From an uncultured Actinomycetes bacterium (lineage in GTDB: Bacteria; Actinomycetota; Acidimicrobiia; IMCC26256; DASPTH01), in contig CAVVPD010000009.1 in NCBI GenBank assembly GCA_963750045.1, forward strand, positions 172,401 through 236,400: a stretch of DNA of 64,000 nt, given 5' to 3'. The position numbers were made by a program, and so were the translations under genes. Numbering within the stretch: the stretch's first letter is position 1; the number at the start of each line of letters is the position of its first letter. Below the pieces are notes generated by a model, which made no database searches, had not been told where the DNA came from, and was given only the letters and a program-made list of their open reading frames with translations. Below are positions 1-9,538 of the stretch, one piece after another.

Positions 1-1217
1 CCGGTCGCCACGAGCGCGAGCGCGATGCGGGCAACCTTATGGTCGCGCTCCTCGTCGCGTGACGGTCGTTCCTGCCACCATCGGACCGCCGACCACCCGA
101 TCGCCACCCATGCGAGCATTCCGAGCGCCCACGTCCAGATGACGAGATAGGGGAAGATCTCGCCGACGATGCGCGACACCGACACGAACCCGGCAACCAT
201 GGCGGCGGCGACGATCACGTCGAGGCGGAACGCATCCTTCGCCCTGCGCCACGTCGCGCCCGCGGCGACCACCAGCGCTACCGCGCCCACCGCGATCGGC
301 GTCCCGCCACTGAGATCGACGGCCCCGCTGTAGACGTTCCTCACGATGCTGCCGCGGATCCAGTCCGGCCAGATGCTGAGTTCCGACGCGAGAACGTGCC
401 AGGAATCGCCGAAGCCGTGCTCTCGATGATGGTCGCGGAAGAACTCGAGCAACGTGCCCAGATTCCCCGGATCGGTGGTGAGCTGTTGGAGTACGACGGG
501 GAACCAGAGCAGGAGCAAGACCAGGGCGGTGACGCTCGTCATGCGGGTCCACGCGCGCACTCGCTCGGCATGGTGCTCGTGGTCCCGCCGCCGCCACACG
601 GTGACGGCGGCGCCCACGAGCCCCGCGCCGAGTGCGGCCAGGGTCACGAACCCGTAGCTCACGTGCGTCTGCACCAGGAACGTGCCGAGCGCCGCCGCGA
701 CCGGAAGTGCCCAGGCATCCCCGCAGCTCATCGACCACGCGAGGAGCACGAGCAGCACGAACGGGAGGACGGTGATGTTCGGATTCCAGACGTCGCGGAG
801 GAACTGCGCTCCGAGTGAGCTCGTGAGCAGTCCGGTCAGGAAGAGCGTGAGCAGGACGAGTGGGAGCCCGCCGCGCCGGCGGGCCACGAAGGCGATGCCC
901 ACCACGGCTGCGGCGTTGAGCGTGAGCGCGGCGAAGCACAGGCTCAGCGAGCTGCTCCCGGTCAGGCGGTACGGGAGCCAGAGCAGGTAGTAGAGGATCG
1001 GGCCGGGGTGGAACCATCCGAAGCGTGAGTATGGGCCGAGCAGTACCGCGTGGTGACCGATGTCGCGGATCTGCAGTTCGATCAAGGCCTGGTCGGCGGA
1101 AGGGTGGTAGTCACCTCCGACCCGCGTCACCAGCGAGATGGCCGATGCGACGAATGGGACGAGTGCCGTTCCGATGGCGGCGGGCAGCGCCCACCGCTTC
1201 CAGCTCGTGGTCGTCAT
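1..1217 (-). CDS. Polytopic membrane protein, GT-C glycosyltransferase-like; runs off the window start
   Basis: Translated by hand (absent from the ORF track because no stop lies in the window). ATG at 1217 overlaps the glnE stop (ATGA). Sequence MTTTSWKRWALPAAIG...SADQALIEL...LLGPYSRFGWFHPGPILYYLL...WNPNITVLPF, with many hydrophobic segments. Confidence 0.7.
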   Translation of the reverse strand, partial: MTTTSWKRWALPAAIGTALVPFVASAISLVTRVGGDYHPSADQALIELQIRDIGHHAVLLGPYSRFGWFHPGPILYYLLWLPYRLTGSSSLSLCFAALTLNAAAVVGIAFVARRRGGLPLVLLTLFLTGLLTSSLGAQFLRDVWNPNITVLPFVLLVLLAWSMSCGDAWALPVAAALGTFLVQTHVSYGFVTLAALGAGLVGAAVTVWRRRDHEHHAERVRAWTRMTSVTALVLLLLWFPVVLQQLTTDPGNLGTLLEFFRDHHREHGFGDSWHVLASELSIWPDWIRGSIVRNVYSGAVDLSGGTPIAVGAVALVVAAGATWRRAKDAFRLDVIVAAAMVAGFVSVSRIVGEIFPYLVIWTWALGMLAWVAIGWSAVRWWQERPSRDEERDHKVARIALALVAT

Positions 1218-3993
1218 CGGGTCCCGTAGAAGACGTGCTCGACGACCCGCCGCGCCCGCCGGGTGACCCGCCGGTAGTCGTCGCGCAAGGTGATGTGCGG
1301 CTGGCGAACGTAGCCGAGCAGCAGCGCCAGGCGTTCGAGGTCGGCACGGTCGCCCGGGAGCGCATCGGACGGGCGCGCGGTCTGCAGGTACCAGGCGTTG
1401 CGGGCGCGCTCGCAGAAGCGATACGCCTCTTCGAGCACCTCGGCGTCGTCGGGCGCGAGGAACGCGGCGTCGCGGAGCAGCTCGAGGGCGTCGATCGTCC
1501 CGGGCGCGCGGAGGTCGAGCTGCGCGCCCCCGTGCACGAGCTGCAGCAGCTGCACCGTGAACTCGACGTCCGACATCGAACCGCGTCCGAGCTTGAGGTG
1601 GAACTGCGGGTCCTCACCCGGCGGGATGCGTTCGCGTTCGATGCGGGCCTTCATGCGGCGGACCTCGCGCACGTCGTCCTCCGTGAACGGCTGCTCGTAG
1701 ACGAAATCTCCGGCGAGCGCGCAGAATCGTGCGCCCAGCGCGGCGTCTCCGGCCACGAAGCGCGCCTTGGTGAGGGCCTGGCGTTCCCACGTGAGGCCCC
1801 ATTGCTCGTAGTAGGCGGCGAAGCCCCCGATCGACCGGGCCAGGGGCCCATCGTTCCCCTGGGGTCGTAGGCGCGCGTCGATGCGGAACGTCTGACCCTC
1901 GGTCGTGGTCGCGCCGATCTCCTGCACGAGCTGCGTGGCGACGAGCTCGGCGTCGCGGAACGCCTCTGGGCCGTCACCGTCGTAGACGAACATCACGTCG
2001 ATGTCGGACGCGTACGACAGCTCGGCACCCCCCAGGCGACCCATGCCGATCACCGCGAACGGCAGCGGCACGCGGAGCGACGCCGAGCGCGGCGTCGAGG
2101 CAGGCTTCGGCAAGTGCGGTCAGCTCGCGCTCGGTGGCCTCCAACCGGGCGTAGCCGAGGAGATCTACGCGTCGCGATCCGGAGGAGCTCCCGTCGTTTG
2201 AACCGGCGCAGCCCTTCGCGTCGCTGCTCCTGGTCGCCGCGCCACTCGAGCGTGTCGGAGGCGTCCGCCACCAACTCGTCGCGTGTGATCTCCTGCGTGA
2301 GCGCGTCGTCGTCGTCGAGCGTGTCGACGAACTCGGGGTGCCGGCGGAGCGCGTCGCCGATGACCCGGCTCGAGCCGAGCAGGCGACACGCACGCTCGGC
2401 GGCCCCCGGCGCGTCGCGGAACGTGACGGCCAGCGATGCCGATCGGGCTGGACCTTCGGAGAGCCGACGCAGCTGTAGGAGCCCGAGGTCCGGATCGGGG
2501 GTCTCCGACAGCCACTCGAGGATCACCGGCAGGAGCTCCTGCATCAACCGGGAGCGGCGGGTCAGACCGTCGGCCAGCTCGCGTACTGCGGCCCGCGTGC
2601 GCTCGACGTCGGTGAAGCCGAACGCGGCCAGGCGTTCCTCGGCGGCCACGGGCGAGAGGGGGCCCGTCCCCGCCAGCGTCTCGAGCAGCGGCGCGAAGAA
2701 GAGGCGCTCGTGGATGCTGCGGACGGCGCGCTGATGTTCCCCGTGCTCGGCGCCGAAGCGCTCGAGCGCAGTGCGCTCCGGGCTGTCGCGGTAGCCGAGC
2801 ACGCGGGCGAGCCGGGTCCGCGCATGGACATCCGACGGGATGGTGTGGGTCTGCTGTTCGTCGTAGAGCTGGATGCGGTGCTCGACGTCGCGCAGGAATC
2901 GATACGCGCGTTCGAGACGGTCGGCGTCGGGGCGATCGACGTAGCCGCCGACGGCCAGCTCGTAGAGTGCGTCGAGCGTCGTGGGAGACCGGACCGAGTG
3001 GTCGTGCCTGCCGTGGACGAGCTGGAGGAGCTGCACGGCGAACTCGATGTCGCGGATGCCGCCCCGACCGCGCTTCAGCTCCCGGTCGCTCAACCCCTGG
3101 CGCTCCGTGATGTCCTCGGCGCGCTCCTTCATCGCGCGGATCTCTCGGATGGCGTCGGGATCGAGTCGCTCCGGCCACACGCGGGGCGTCGCCAGAGTCA
3201 TGAATCGCTCGGCCAGTGCCGGGTGACCGGCGACCGGGCGGGCCTTGATGAGGGCCTGGAACTCCCAGGTGTGCGCCCAGCCGTCGTAGTACGACCCGTA
3301 GCTCTCGATGGTGCGCGTGAGCGGTCCCGACCGGCCTTCCGGCCGGAGGTTGGCGTCCGTCCGGAACACGATGCCGTCGGCGGTCGGGGTGGTCATGGTG
3401 GACAGGAGGGCACGGGCGGCGCGCTCGGCCGCGTCGGGGTCGCCGTCGTGCACGAACAGCACGTCGATGTCGCTCGCGTAGTTCAGCTCGCGACCACCGA
3501 GCTTGCCCATGCCGATGACCGCGAACTCGACGTCCGGTCCCACGATCGCCAAGGCGCCTTCGAGACAGACCTCCGCGAGGGCGGCGAGCTCACGACCCAC
3601 GCCGGGCATGTCGGCAGCGTCGAGCAGGTCACGTGCGGCGATGCGCAACACCTCGCGTCGCTTCCAACGGCGTAAGGCCCCGTCGTCACCCACCTGATCA
3701 TGCCACGCGACGCGGTACGTCTCCACGTTGCGTTCGCGCGCGAACTCTTCTGGATCACGCAACGGATCGAGCAGGGTGGCGTCGGCGATGACGGCCGACG
3801 ACAGGGACCGCGACGCGCAGGCGAGCGCGACGAGGCCGTCGCGGACCAGCGGACGCTCGACCAGCTCGGCGGCGAGATCGGGGTGGGCCTCCACGGCACG
3901 CGTGAGTAGCGTCCGGGCGGTACGCGCGTCCGCGGAATGCTCGATGGCGGCGACCACGTCGGCGGTCTCGAGCAACGCACTCCCGCCGGCCAT
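1214..3993 (-). CDS. glnE: Bifunctional glutamine-synthetase adenylyltransferase/deadenylase; frameshifted at about 2165 and 2085
   Basis: Two nucleotidyltransferase modules: GMGKLGGRELNYASDIDV...LRPEGRSGPL...LKRGRGGIRDIEFAVQLLQL (ORF 2050..4353) and GMGRLGGAELSYASDIDV...LKLGRGSMSDVEFTVQLLQL (ORF 1214..2113). Confidence 0.93.
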
Positions 3994-4020
3994 GCACGCA
4001 GTGTCGCGTATCCTGGCCCC
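3994..4020. promoter_or_regulatory. Back-to-back -10 elements for leaderless glnE and nadE transcripts
   Basis: TATCCT (4009-4014) lies 6 nt before GTG 4021. On the minus strand GACACT (4005-4000) lies 6 nt before ATG 3993. There is no room for Shine-Dalgarno sequences. Confidence 0.55.
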
Positions 4021-5730
4021 GTGCCCCGCCTCCGTCTCGCCGCCGCGCAGCTCGACCTCGTCGTGGGCGATCTCGACGGCAACGTCGATCGCCTGCTCGC
4101 GGCCTATGAGCGGGCCGATGCCGCCGGATGTGACCTCGTGGCCTTCCCGGAGCTGTCGATCACGGGCTACCCGCCCGAAGACCTCCTCTTGCGGCCCTCG
4201 TTCGTCGCCCGGGCGGGTGAGGCGCTCGAGAAGCTGGCGGCGCGGACGGGTCGTACCGCGGCGATCGTGGGGTTCCCCGAAGCCGGTCGGGATCTGGCGA
4301 ACGCGGCGGCGCTGTCCGCGAACGGCCGCGTCCTCGGCGTGTACCGCAAGCACCTGCTGCCCAACTACTCCGTGTTCGACGAACAGCGCTACTTCGCGCC
4401 GTCTACGGTCGACGGTCCACTGTTCGTTGTCGCCGGTGTCCGCGTGGCGATCTCGATCTGCGAAGACGCGTGGAGCCCGAATGGCCCGATCAGCACCCAG
4501 GCCGCGGGCGGTGCCGAACTGGTCGTCAACATCAACGCCTCACCCTTCTACGCCGGCCGCATCCGCGAGCGTGAGACGATGCTTGCGACGCGTGCAGCCG
4601 ACGCGTCGGTGCCGGTGCTCTACGTCAACCTGGTCGGCGGGCAAGACGAGCTCGTCTTCGACGGCGCGTCGATGCTCTTCGACGAAGGAGGTCGCCTCGT
4701 CGCGCGCGCTTCGCAGTTCGAAGAAGACCTCCTCGTCGTCGACGTCGACGTCCGGCCCGCATTCCGCCGCCGGCTCCTCGACCCTCGCGGTCGCTCCCGT
4801 GCCGCCGCGCTTCCGGAAGTCCCGGTCAGTGAAGCGCGCCTGGGCGAACGTCACGAGGAACCACGCGTCGAACCGCTGCTTCCACCCGTGCACGAGGTCT
4901 ACGAGGCCCTCGTGCTCGGTACGCGCGACTACGTGAGGAAGAACGGCTTCACCGACGTGGTCATCGGGCTCTCCGGTGGGATCGACTCGTCGCTGGTGGC
5001 CACCATCGCCGTCGACGCCCTCGGCCCCGAGCACGTGACGGGGGTCCTGATGCCCTCGCGGTTCTCCAGCGAGGGCAGCGTCGACGACGCGGACGCCCTC
5101 GCCGCCAACCTTGGGATCCGCACCTTCACCGTGCCCATCGAGCAGGCGCATTCGGCGTTCCTCGGGATGCTCGAGGAGCCGTTCGCCGGGCTCGAACCCG
5201 GTCTCGCCGAGGAGAACCTCCAGGCCCGGGTGCGGGGCACGATCCTCATGGCGATGTCGAACAAGTTCGGTTGGCTCGTGCTCACCACCGGCAACAAGAG
5301 CGAGATCGCCACCGGCTACTCGACGCTCTACGGCGACATGGCGGGTGGGTTCTCGGTGATCAAGGACGTGCCGAAGATGCTCGTCTATGCGCTGTCGCGG
5401 GACCGCAACGACCGGGCGATGCGCACGGTGATCCCCGAAGCCGTCCTCGAGAAGGCGCCGAGTGCGGAGCTGCGCCCCGATCAGAAGGACTCCGACTCGC
5501 TACCCGAATACGACGTGTTGGACCCGATCATCGAGGGGTACGTGGAAGACGACCTCTCGATCGCCGAGCTCGAAGTCGCCGGGTTCGACGGTGACACCGT
5601 GCGCCGCGTCGCCCAGCTCGTCGACCGGAACGAGTACAAGCGCCGCCAGGCGCCCCCGGGAGTGCGCGTGTCGCCGAAGGCGTTCGGCAAGGATCGCCGC
5701 CTCCCGATCACCAACCGCTGGCCCGGGTAG
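4021..5730 (+). CDS. nadE: Glutamine-dependent NAD+ synthetase
   Basis: N-terminal nitrilase-type glutaminase domain (FPELSITGYPPEDLL, YRKHLLPNYSVFDE, ICEDAW) and synthetase domain (GLSGGIDS, ENLQARVRG, TGNKSE, PSAELRPDQKD). Confidence 0.96.
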   Translation: MPRLRLAAAQLDLVVGDLDGNVDRLLAAYERADAAGCDLVAFPELSITGYPPEDLLLRPSFVARAGEALEKLAARTGRTAAIVGFPEAGRDLANAAALSANGRVLGVYRKHLLPNYSVFDEQRYFAPSTVDGPLFVVAGVRVAISICEDAWSPNGPISTQAAGGAELVVNINASPFYAGRIRERETMLATRAADASVPVLYVNLVGGQDELVFDGASMLFDEGGRLVARASQFEEDLLVVDVDVRPAFRRRLLDPRGRSRAAALPEVPVSEARLGERHEEPRVEPLLPPVHEVYEALVLGTRDYVRKNGFTDVVIGLSGGIDSSLVATIAVDALGPEHVTGVLMPSRFSSEGSVDDADALAANLGIRTFTVPIEQAHSAFLGMLEEPFAGLEPGLAEENLQARVRGTILMAMSNKFGWLVLTTGNKSEIATGYSTLYGDMAGGFSVIKDVPKMLVYALSRDRNDRAMRTVIPEAVLEKAPSAELRPDQKDSDSLPEYDVLDPIIEGYVEDDLSIAELEVAGFDGDTVRRVAQLVDRNEYKRRQAPPGVRVSPKAFGKDRRLPITNRWPG

Positions 5731-5783
5731 GAGATGAAGCGGAGCCGTGCCCGGAGGGCGGTGCGGCGCAGCGGATTCGACCA

Positions 5784-6746
5784 TTGAGCCGGCGCTTCGC
5801 AGCCGAAGCCGCTCTCGTCGGTGCCGCGCTCCTCTACGGGATCACGTTCCCACTCGTCCACGATGCCCTCGACGACATCACGCCGTTCGCCTACCTCCTC
5901 GGCCGGTTCGGGATCGCAACGCTGCTGTTGATGCCGGTGGCCGTTCCGGCGCTCCGACGGCGGGGACCGGAGCGCCGGATGCTCGTGCGGGCGGGGACCA
6001 CCGCGGGGGTGATCCTGTTCGGCGGGTATGCGACCCAGACGATCGGCCTGCAGTACACGTCGGCGTCGACCTCGGCCTTCATCACCGGTCTCTACGTGAT
6101 CATCACGCCGGTGATCGAGTCCGCGATCAGCCGGCGTCTCCCGCGTCCTCCGGTGATGGTGGGGATCGTGGTCGCGACCGCCGGGCTCTACCTGCTCACC
6201 GGTGCCGACGTGCACCTCGGACGCGGCGAAGCGTTCACCCTCGCGTCCGCGGTCCTGTTCGCGTTCCACATCGTCTACATCGGCGCGTACGCGAACTTGC
6301 TCCGGCCCACGGAGTTCACCGCACTGCAGCTCGCGGCGGTCGCGTTTCTGTCGATCGCGCCGACGGGTGAGCAGGGGGTCGGTTCCCTCAGCACGCTCGC
6401 GGTGTTCGCGGTCGTGTTCACCGGCGTTGCGTGCTCAGCGCTCGCGTTGCCGCTGCAGCTCTGGGGCCAACGACGTATCCCGGCGACACGGGCCGCGTTG
6501 ATCCTGCTCGCCGAACCGGTGTTCGCGGGGATCGCCGGCTACGTCAACGGGGAGCGGTTGGGCAGCACGCGGCTGCTGGGTGCCGCCACGATCATCGTCG
6601 GAATCGGCGTCTCCGAGTTCTGGCCCCGGCGGCCGTTGCCCGGCCCGGCCGCCGCCCGTGACAATCTGCAGGCGTCGGAGCCGGACCGGTCGTCGGAGCC
6701 GGACCGGTCGTCGGAGCCGGACCGGTCGTCGGAGGAGGTGCCGTGA
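5784..6746 (+). CDS. DMT/EamA family transporter
   Basis: About 10 hydrophobic segments; QTIGLQYTSASTSAFITGLYV and LAEPVFAGIAGY motifs. Confidence 0.88.
   Translation: MSRRFAAEAALVGAALLYGITFPLVHDALDDITPFAYLLGRFGIATLLLMPVAVPALRRRGPERRMLVRAGTTAGVILFGGYATQTIGLQYTSASTSAFITGLYVIITPVIESAISRRLPRPPVMVGIVVATAGLYLLTGADVHLGRGEAFTLASAVLFAFHIVYIGAYANLLRPTEFTALQLAAVAFLSIAPTGEQGVGSLSTLAVFAVVFTGVACSALALPLQLWGQRRIPATRAALILLAEPVFAGIAGYVNGERLGSTRLLGAATIIVGIGVSEFWPRRPLPGPAAARDNLQASEPDRSSEPDRSSEPDRSSEEVP
6674..6734 (+). repeat. 18-bp tandem repeat (GTCGGAGCCGGACCGGTC x3 plus a partial copy) encoding SEPDRS x3
   Basis: Exact copies at 6674, 6692 and 6710, partial copy at 6728. Confidence 0.95.
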
Positions 6747-7195
6747 GCGGGGCGCAGACCGAGGTGGGCATCGTCGAGTGGGCCCGGCGCACCGAGAGCG
6801 CGCGAGCGGCGGAGATGCAGCTGTCGGCGGTGCTCGGCGCCTGGGTTCCCCGGGTGATGCCGGCGGCGGCCAAATTGGTGTTGGTCCGTCACGCCCGGCA
6901 CTTCGCCTGGCACGCGGAGCTGTGGGACGGCCTGGTGCCCGTGCTCCACGACCGGCCGGACGAATCGGGCATCACCGAGGTGACCCTGCAGGACGTCGCC
7001 GCCGCCCTGGGGATGGTGGCCGAACCCCGGGCGGTCTACGACGATGTGCTGCCGCACCTGGTGGCGGCCTACCGCGGCTGGTCCGATGAGGCCACGCCGA
7101 TCGCCGAACGGCCGGTGATGCGGGTCCTCGACCTCGTCGTGCGCGACCTCGACTTCGACGCCCAGGAGGGTCACGACCTGTTCTCACGGGGGTGA
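6743..7195 (+). CDS. Hypothetical helical protein, possibly ferritin-like fold
   Basis: GTGA overlap with the DMT stop, GGAGGAGG just upstream, GC3-rich codons; E..HARHFAWHAELW helical motif. Confidence 0.7.
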   Translation: MSGAQTEVGIVEWARRTESARAAEMQLSAVLGAWVPRVMPAAAKLVLVRHARHFAWHAELWDGLVPVLHDRPDESGITEVTLQDVAAALGMVAEPRAVYDDVLPHLVAAYRGWSDEATPIAERPVMRVLDLVVRDLDFDAQEGHDLFSRG

Positions 7196-7326
7196 GCGCA
7201 CCGGCACCGTTCCCGAGCGCTTGACTCGGCCGGTATCGTGGAACGGCAACAACAGCAACATTCGTGGCCTGAGCGCACACGCCGGGACGCGGCGCTGGCT
7301 CGAGCTCACTACCAAGGGGTCGCTGG

Positions 7327-8265
7327 GTGGCGAAGGAGCGTGTCGAGCGCGACGAGGAAGATCTCGTCCGGCTCTATCTCACCGACATCGGCCAGTATCC
7401 GTTGCTCACGAAGGACGACGAAGTTCGTCTCGCGCAGCAGATCGAGCAGGGCAACGCCTCGCGCGAGGAGCTCCTGGGTGGCGCCAAGGCGCTCACTCCG
7501 ACCAAGAAGCGCGAACTGCGACGCAGCGCCCGTCTGGGTGACGACGCGCAGCGCACGTTCGTGCAGTCGAACCTGCGGCTCGTGGTGTCGATCGCGAAGA
7601 AGTACCAGGCGTCGGGCCTGCCGCTCCTCGATCTGATCCAGGAGGGCAACCTGGGCCTGATGCACGCGGTCGAGAAGTTCGACTGGCGCAAGGGCTTCAA
7701 GTTCTCCACGTACGCGACCTGGTGGATCCGCCAGGCGATCACGCGCGGCATCGCCAACACCGGCCGCACCATCCGCCTCCCCGTGCACGCGGGCGACACG
7801 CTGGCCCGTCTGCAGAAGGCTCGCTCGCGCCTCGAGCTGAAGCTCGGCCGCCCGGCGACGCTCTCCGAGCTCTCGATCGAGGTCGAGATGCCCGAGGACA
7901 AGGTCACCGAGGCGCTGCGCTTCGCGGCCGAGCCGTTGTCACTGTCGGAGCCGCTGCGCGAAGACGGCGACGCCGAGCTCGGTGACATCGTCGAGGACCG
8001 CTCGGCCGAGTCGCCCTTCGAGGTCGCGGCCACGGCGCTGCTGCCCGACGAGATCGAGAAGCTCCTCGCCCCGCTCGACGAGCGGGAGCGCCAGATCCTC
8101 GCGTTGCGCTTCGGGCTCGACCGCGGCGAGCCGCGCACGCTCGAGGAGGTAGGGGAGCACTTCAACCTCACCCGCGAGCGCATCCGCCAGATCGAGGCCC
8201 GCGCCATGAGCAAGTTGCGCCACCCGTCGGCCGACACCGGCGCCCGCGACCTCCTCGCCGTCTAG
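7327..8265 (+). CDS. Group-2 sigma-70 factor (SigB/HrdD-like; lacks region 1.1)
   Basis: DLVRLYLTDIGQYPLL (region 1.2), NLRLVVSIAKKY...DLIQEGNLGL...FSTYATWWIRQAI (region 2), TLEEVGEHFNLTRERIRQIE (region 4.2). Confidence 0.93.
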   Translation: MAKERVERDEEDLVRLYLTDIGQYPLLTKDDEVRLAQQIEQGNASREELLGGAKALTPTKKRELRRSARLGDDAQRTFVQSNLRLVVSIAKKYQASGLPLLDLIQEGNLGLMHAVEKFDWRKGFKFSTYATWWIRQAITRGIANTGRTIRLPVHAGDTLARLQKARSRLELKLGRPATLSELSIEVEMPEDKVTEALRFAAEPLSLSEPLREDGDAELGDIVEDRSAESPFEVAATALLPDEIEKLLAPLDERERQILALRFGLDRGEPRTLEEVGEHFNLTRERIRQIEARAMSKLRHPSADTGARDLLAV

Positions 8266-8345
8266 CTCCCGCGCCCGAACCGGCGTCGCTCGGCGGGGCC
8301 CTACCCAGGCCGACGAGGCCAGTTGGGTGGGCCGGTTGCGCGATC

Positions 8346-8438
8346 GGCGGAGGTGGCAGGAATCGAACCCACCGGACGGGGAGTGCCCGTCCCACTCGTT
8401 TTGAAGACGAGGGGGGCCACCAGACCCCGTTCACCTCC
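8346..8438 (-). tRNA. selC: tRNA-Sec (anticodon TCA); CCA not fully encoded
   Basis: GGAGGTG-AAC-GGGGTC TGGT GGCCCC-C-CTCGT CTTCAAA ACGAG-long variable arm (GGACGGG/CCCGTCC)-GTGGG TTCGATT CCTGC-CACCTCC-G-CC. A 6-bp D-stem, 4-nt D-loop and G73 are tRNA-Sec hallmarks. Confidence 0.93.
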
Positions 8439-8543
8439 GGGGTCGGGTCTAGCACCTGGCGGCGGGCATCGATTGCTCCGGGATGCGTCACCGCCTAGCA
8501 TCAGAGCGATCTCCGCGCCGTCGCGACCAACAAGGGGAGTCAC

Positions 8544-8618
8544 ATGAAGAAGCTGCTCATCATCCTCATCCTGGCTGCAATCGGGATCGCGGTGGCCAAG
8601 AAGGTCCGCGAAGCCTGA
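8544..8618 (+). CDS. 24-aa single-TM small protein (MKKLLIILILAAIGIAVAKKVREA)
   Basis: SD AAGGGGAG before the ATG, candidate TAGCAT -10 upstream, high-GC codon usage; below the ORF-track length cut-off. Confidence 0.7.
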   Translation: MKKLLIILILAAIGIAVAKKVREA

Positions 8619-8631
8619 TCTCAGTGCCGCG

Positions 8632-9372
8632 TCACGTTCCCGGGCCCGCTTCGGCGGGTCCGGTTGCGCGCGCGGCGGCGTTCGCGCCGCGTTCCCGGGC
8701 TCGCTCGCGCTCGAGCAGCGCGTAGTACAGCACGGCCACGCCGACCCCCAGGAGCGGCGCCAGCAAGACCTCCACCCCGTAGCTGCCGAGGACGTGGGAC
8801 CAGCGATCGGGCAACTCCGAGAACGCGATCCTGGCCAGCGCCGAGACCGCCTCGGAGCCGACCAGGCCCAGGGTCACGAGGAATGCGACCCGCCAGAACG
8901 ACCCGCGAACGAGCGCGCGGCTGCGGCGAACGGCGCGGAACGGCGAGCCGCGCTCGACGACGACCACCGGTCCGTAGAGCGATCCGGTGACGAGCACGAA
9001 GTACCCGGGGATCACGAAGAGCAGGAAACCGATCGCCACCATCACCTCGTAGGTCACGGTGGCGACGACCAGCGAGATCCACGGCAGCTCACGGAAGAAC
9101 CGGCGCACCGTGGGCAACGGTGCCCGTCTGACCTCCGTCGCGACCATGCGCTCGGCCGCCGCCGCGAGCACTTCCGCCGTGAGCACTCCGAACACGAGGA
9201 CGACGAGGGCACTCCCGAAGATCGCGGGCAGGTCAAGGCGGTCCGTGTCGAGGATGACCGCGGGTTCCAGGCCTGCCAACTCGAGGAGCGCGAGCGGCGC
9301 GAGCAGGAGCGCAGCGATGCCCGACAGGTACCACGCGTGACGACGCCACACGCGGAGCGTGTCGCGGAGCAC
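8632..9372 (-). CDS. Hypothetical integral membrane protein
   Basis: About 6 TM segments; GFLLFVIPG...PVVVVERGSPFRAVRRSRALVRGSFWRV pattern seen in glycerophosphodiester phosphodiesterase membrane-domain-like proteins. Start uncertain. Confidence 0.78.
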   Translation of the reverse strand: MLRDTLRVWRRHAWYLSGIAALLLAPLALLELAGLEPAVILDTDRLDLPAIFGSALVVLVFGVLTAEVLAAAAERMVATEVRRAPLPTVRRFFRELPWISLVVATVTYEVMVAIGFLLFVIPGYFVLVTGSLYGPVVVVERGSPFRAVRRSRALVRGSFWRVAFLVTLGLVGSEAVSALARIAFSELPDRWSHVLGSYGVEVLLAPLLGVGVAVLYYALLERERARERGANAAARATGPAEAGPGT

Positions 9373-9437
9373 GTCGAAGATGGCGAGACGGGTGACGGGG
9401 GCATCCTACGGGTCTCGGGTCGCCCGCGAGTTGCCTC

Positions 9438-9466
9438 TTGACGGCTGCCGCGACTCGTCGTACGTT
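9438..9466 (+). promoter_or_regulatory. Sigma-70-type promoter of the tad operon
   Basis: TTGACG-17 nt-TACGTT upstream of the ssd-like gene. Confidence 0.6.
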
Positions 9467-9538
9467 GCCACTCCACTTCCCTTCGTACTTCCTCCCGTCG
9501 ACGGCGCGTCCGCGTGCCCCGGGAGGAAGGACGCCCCC

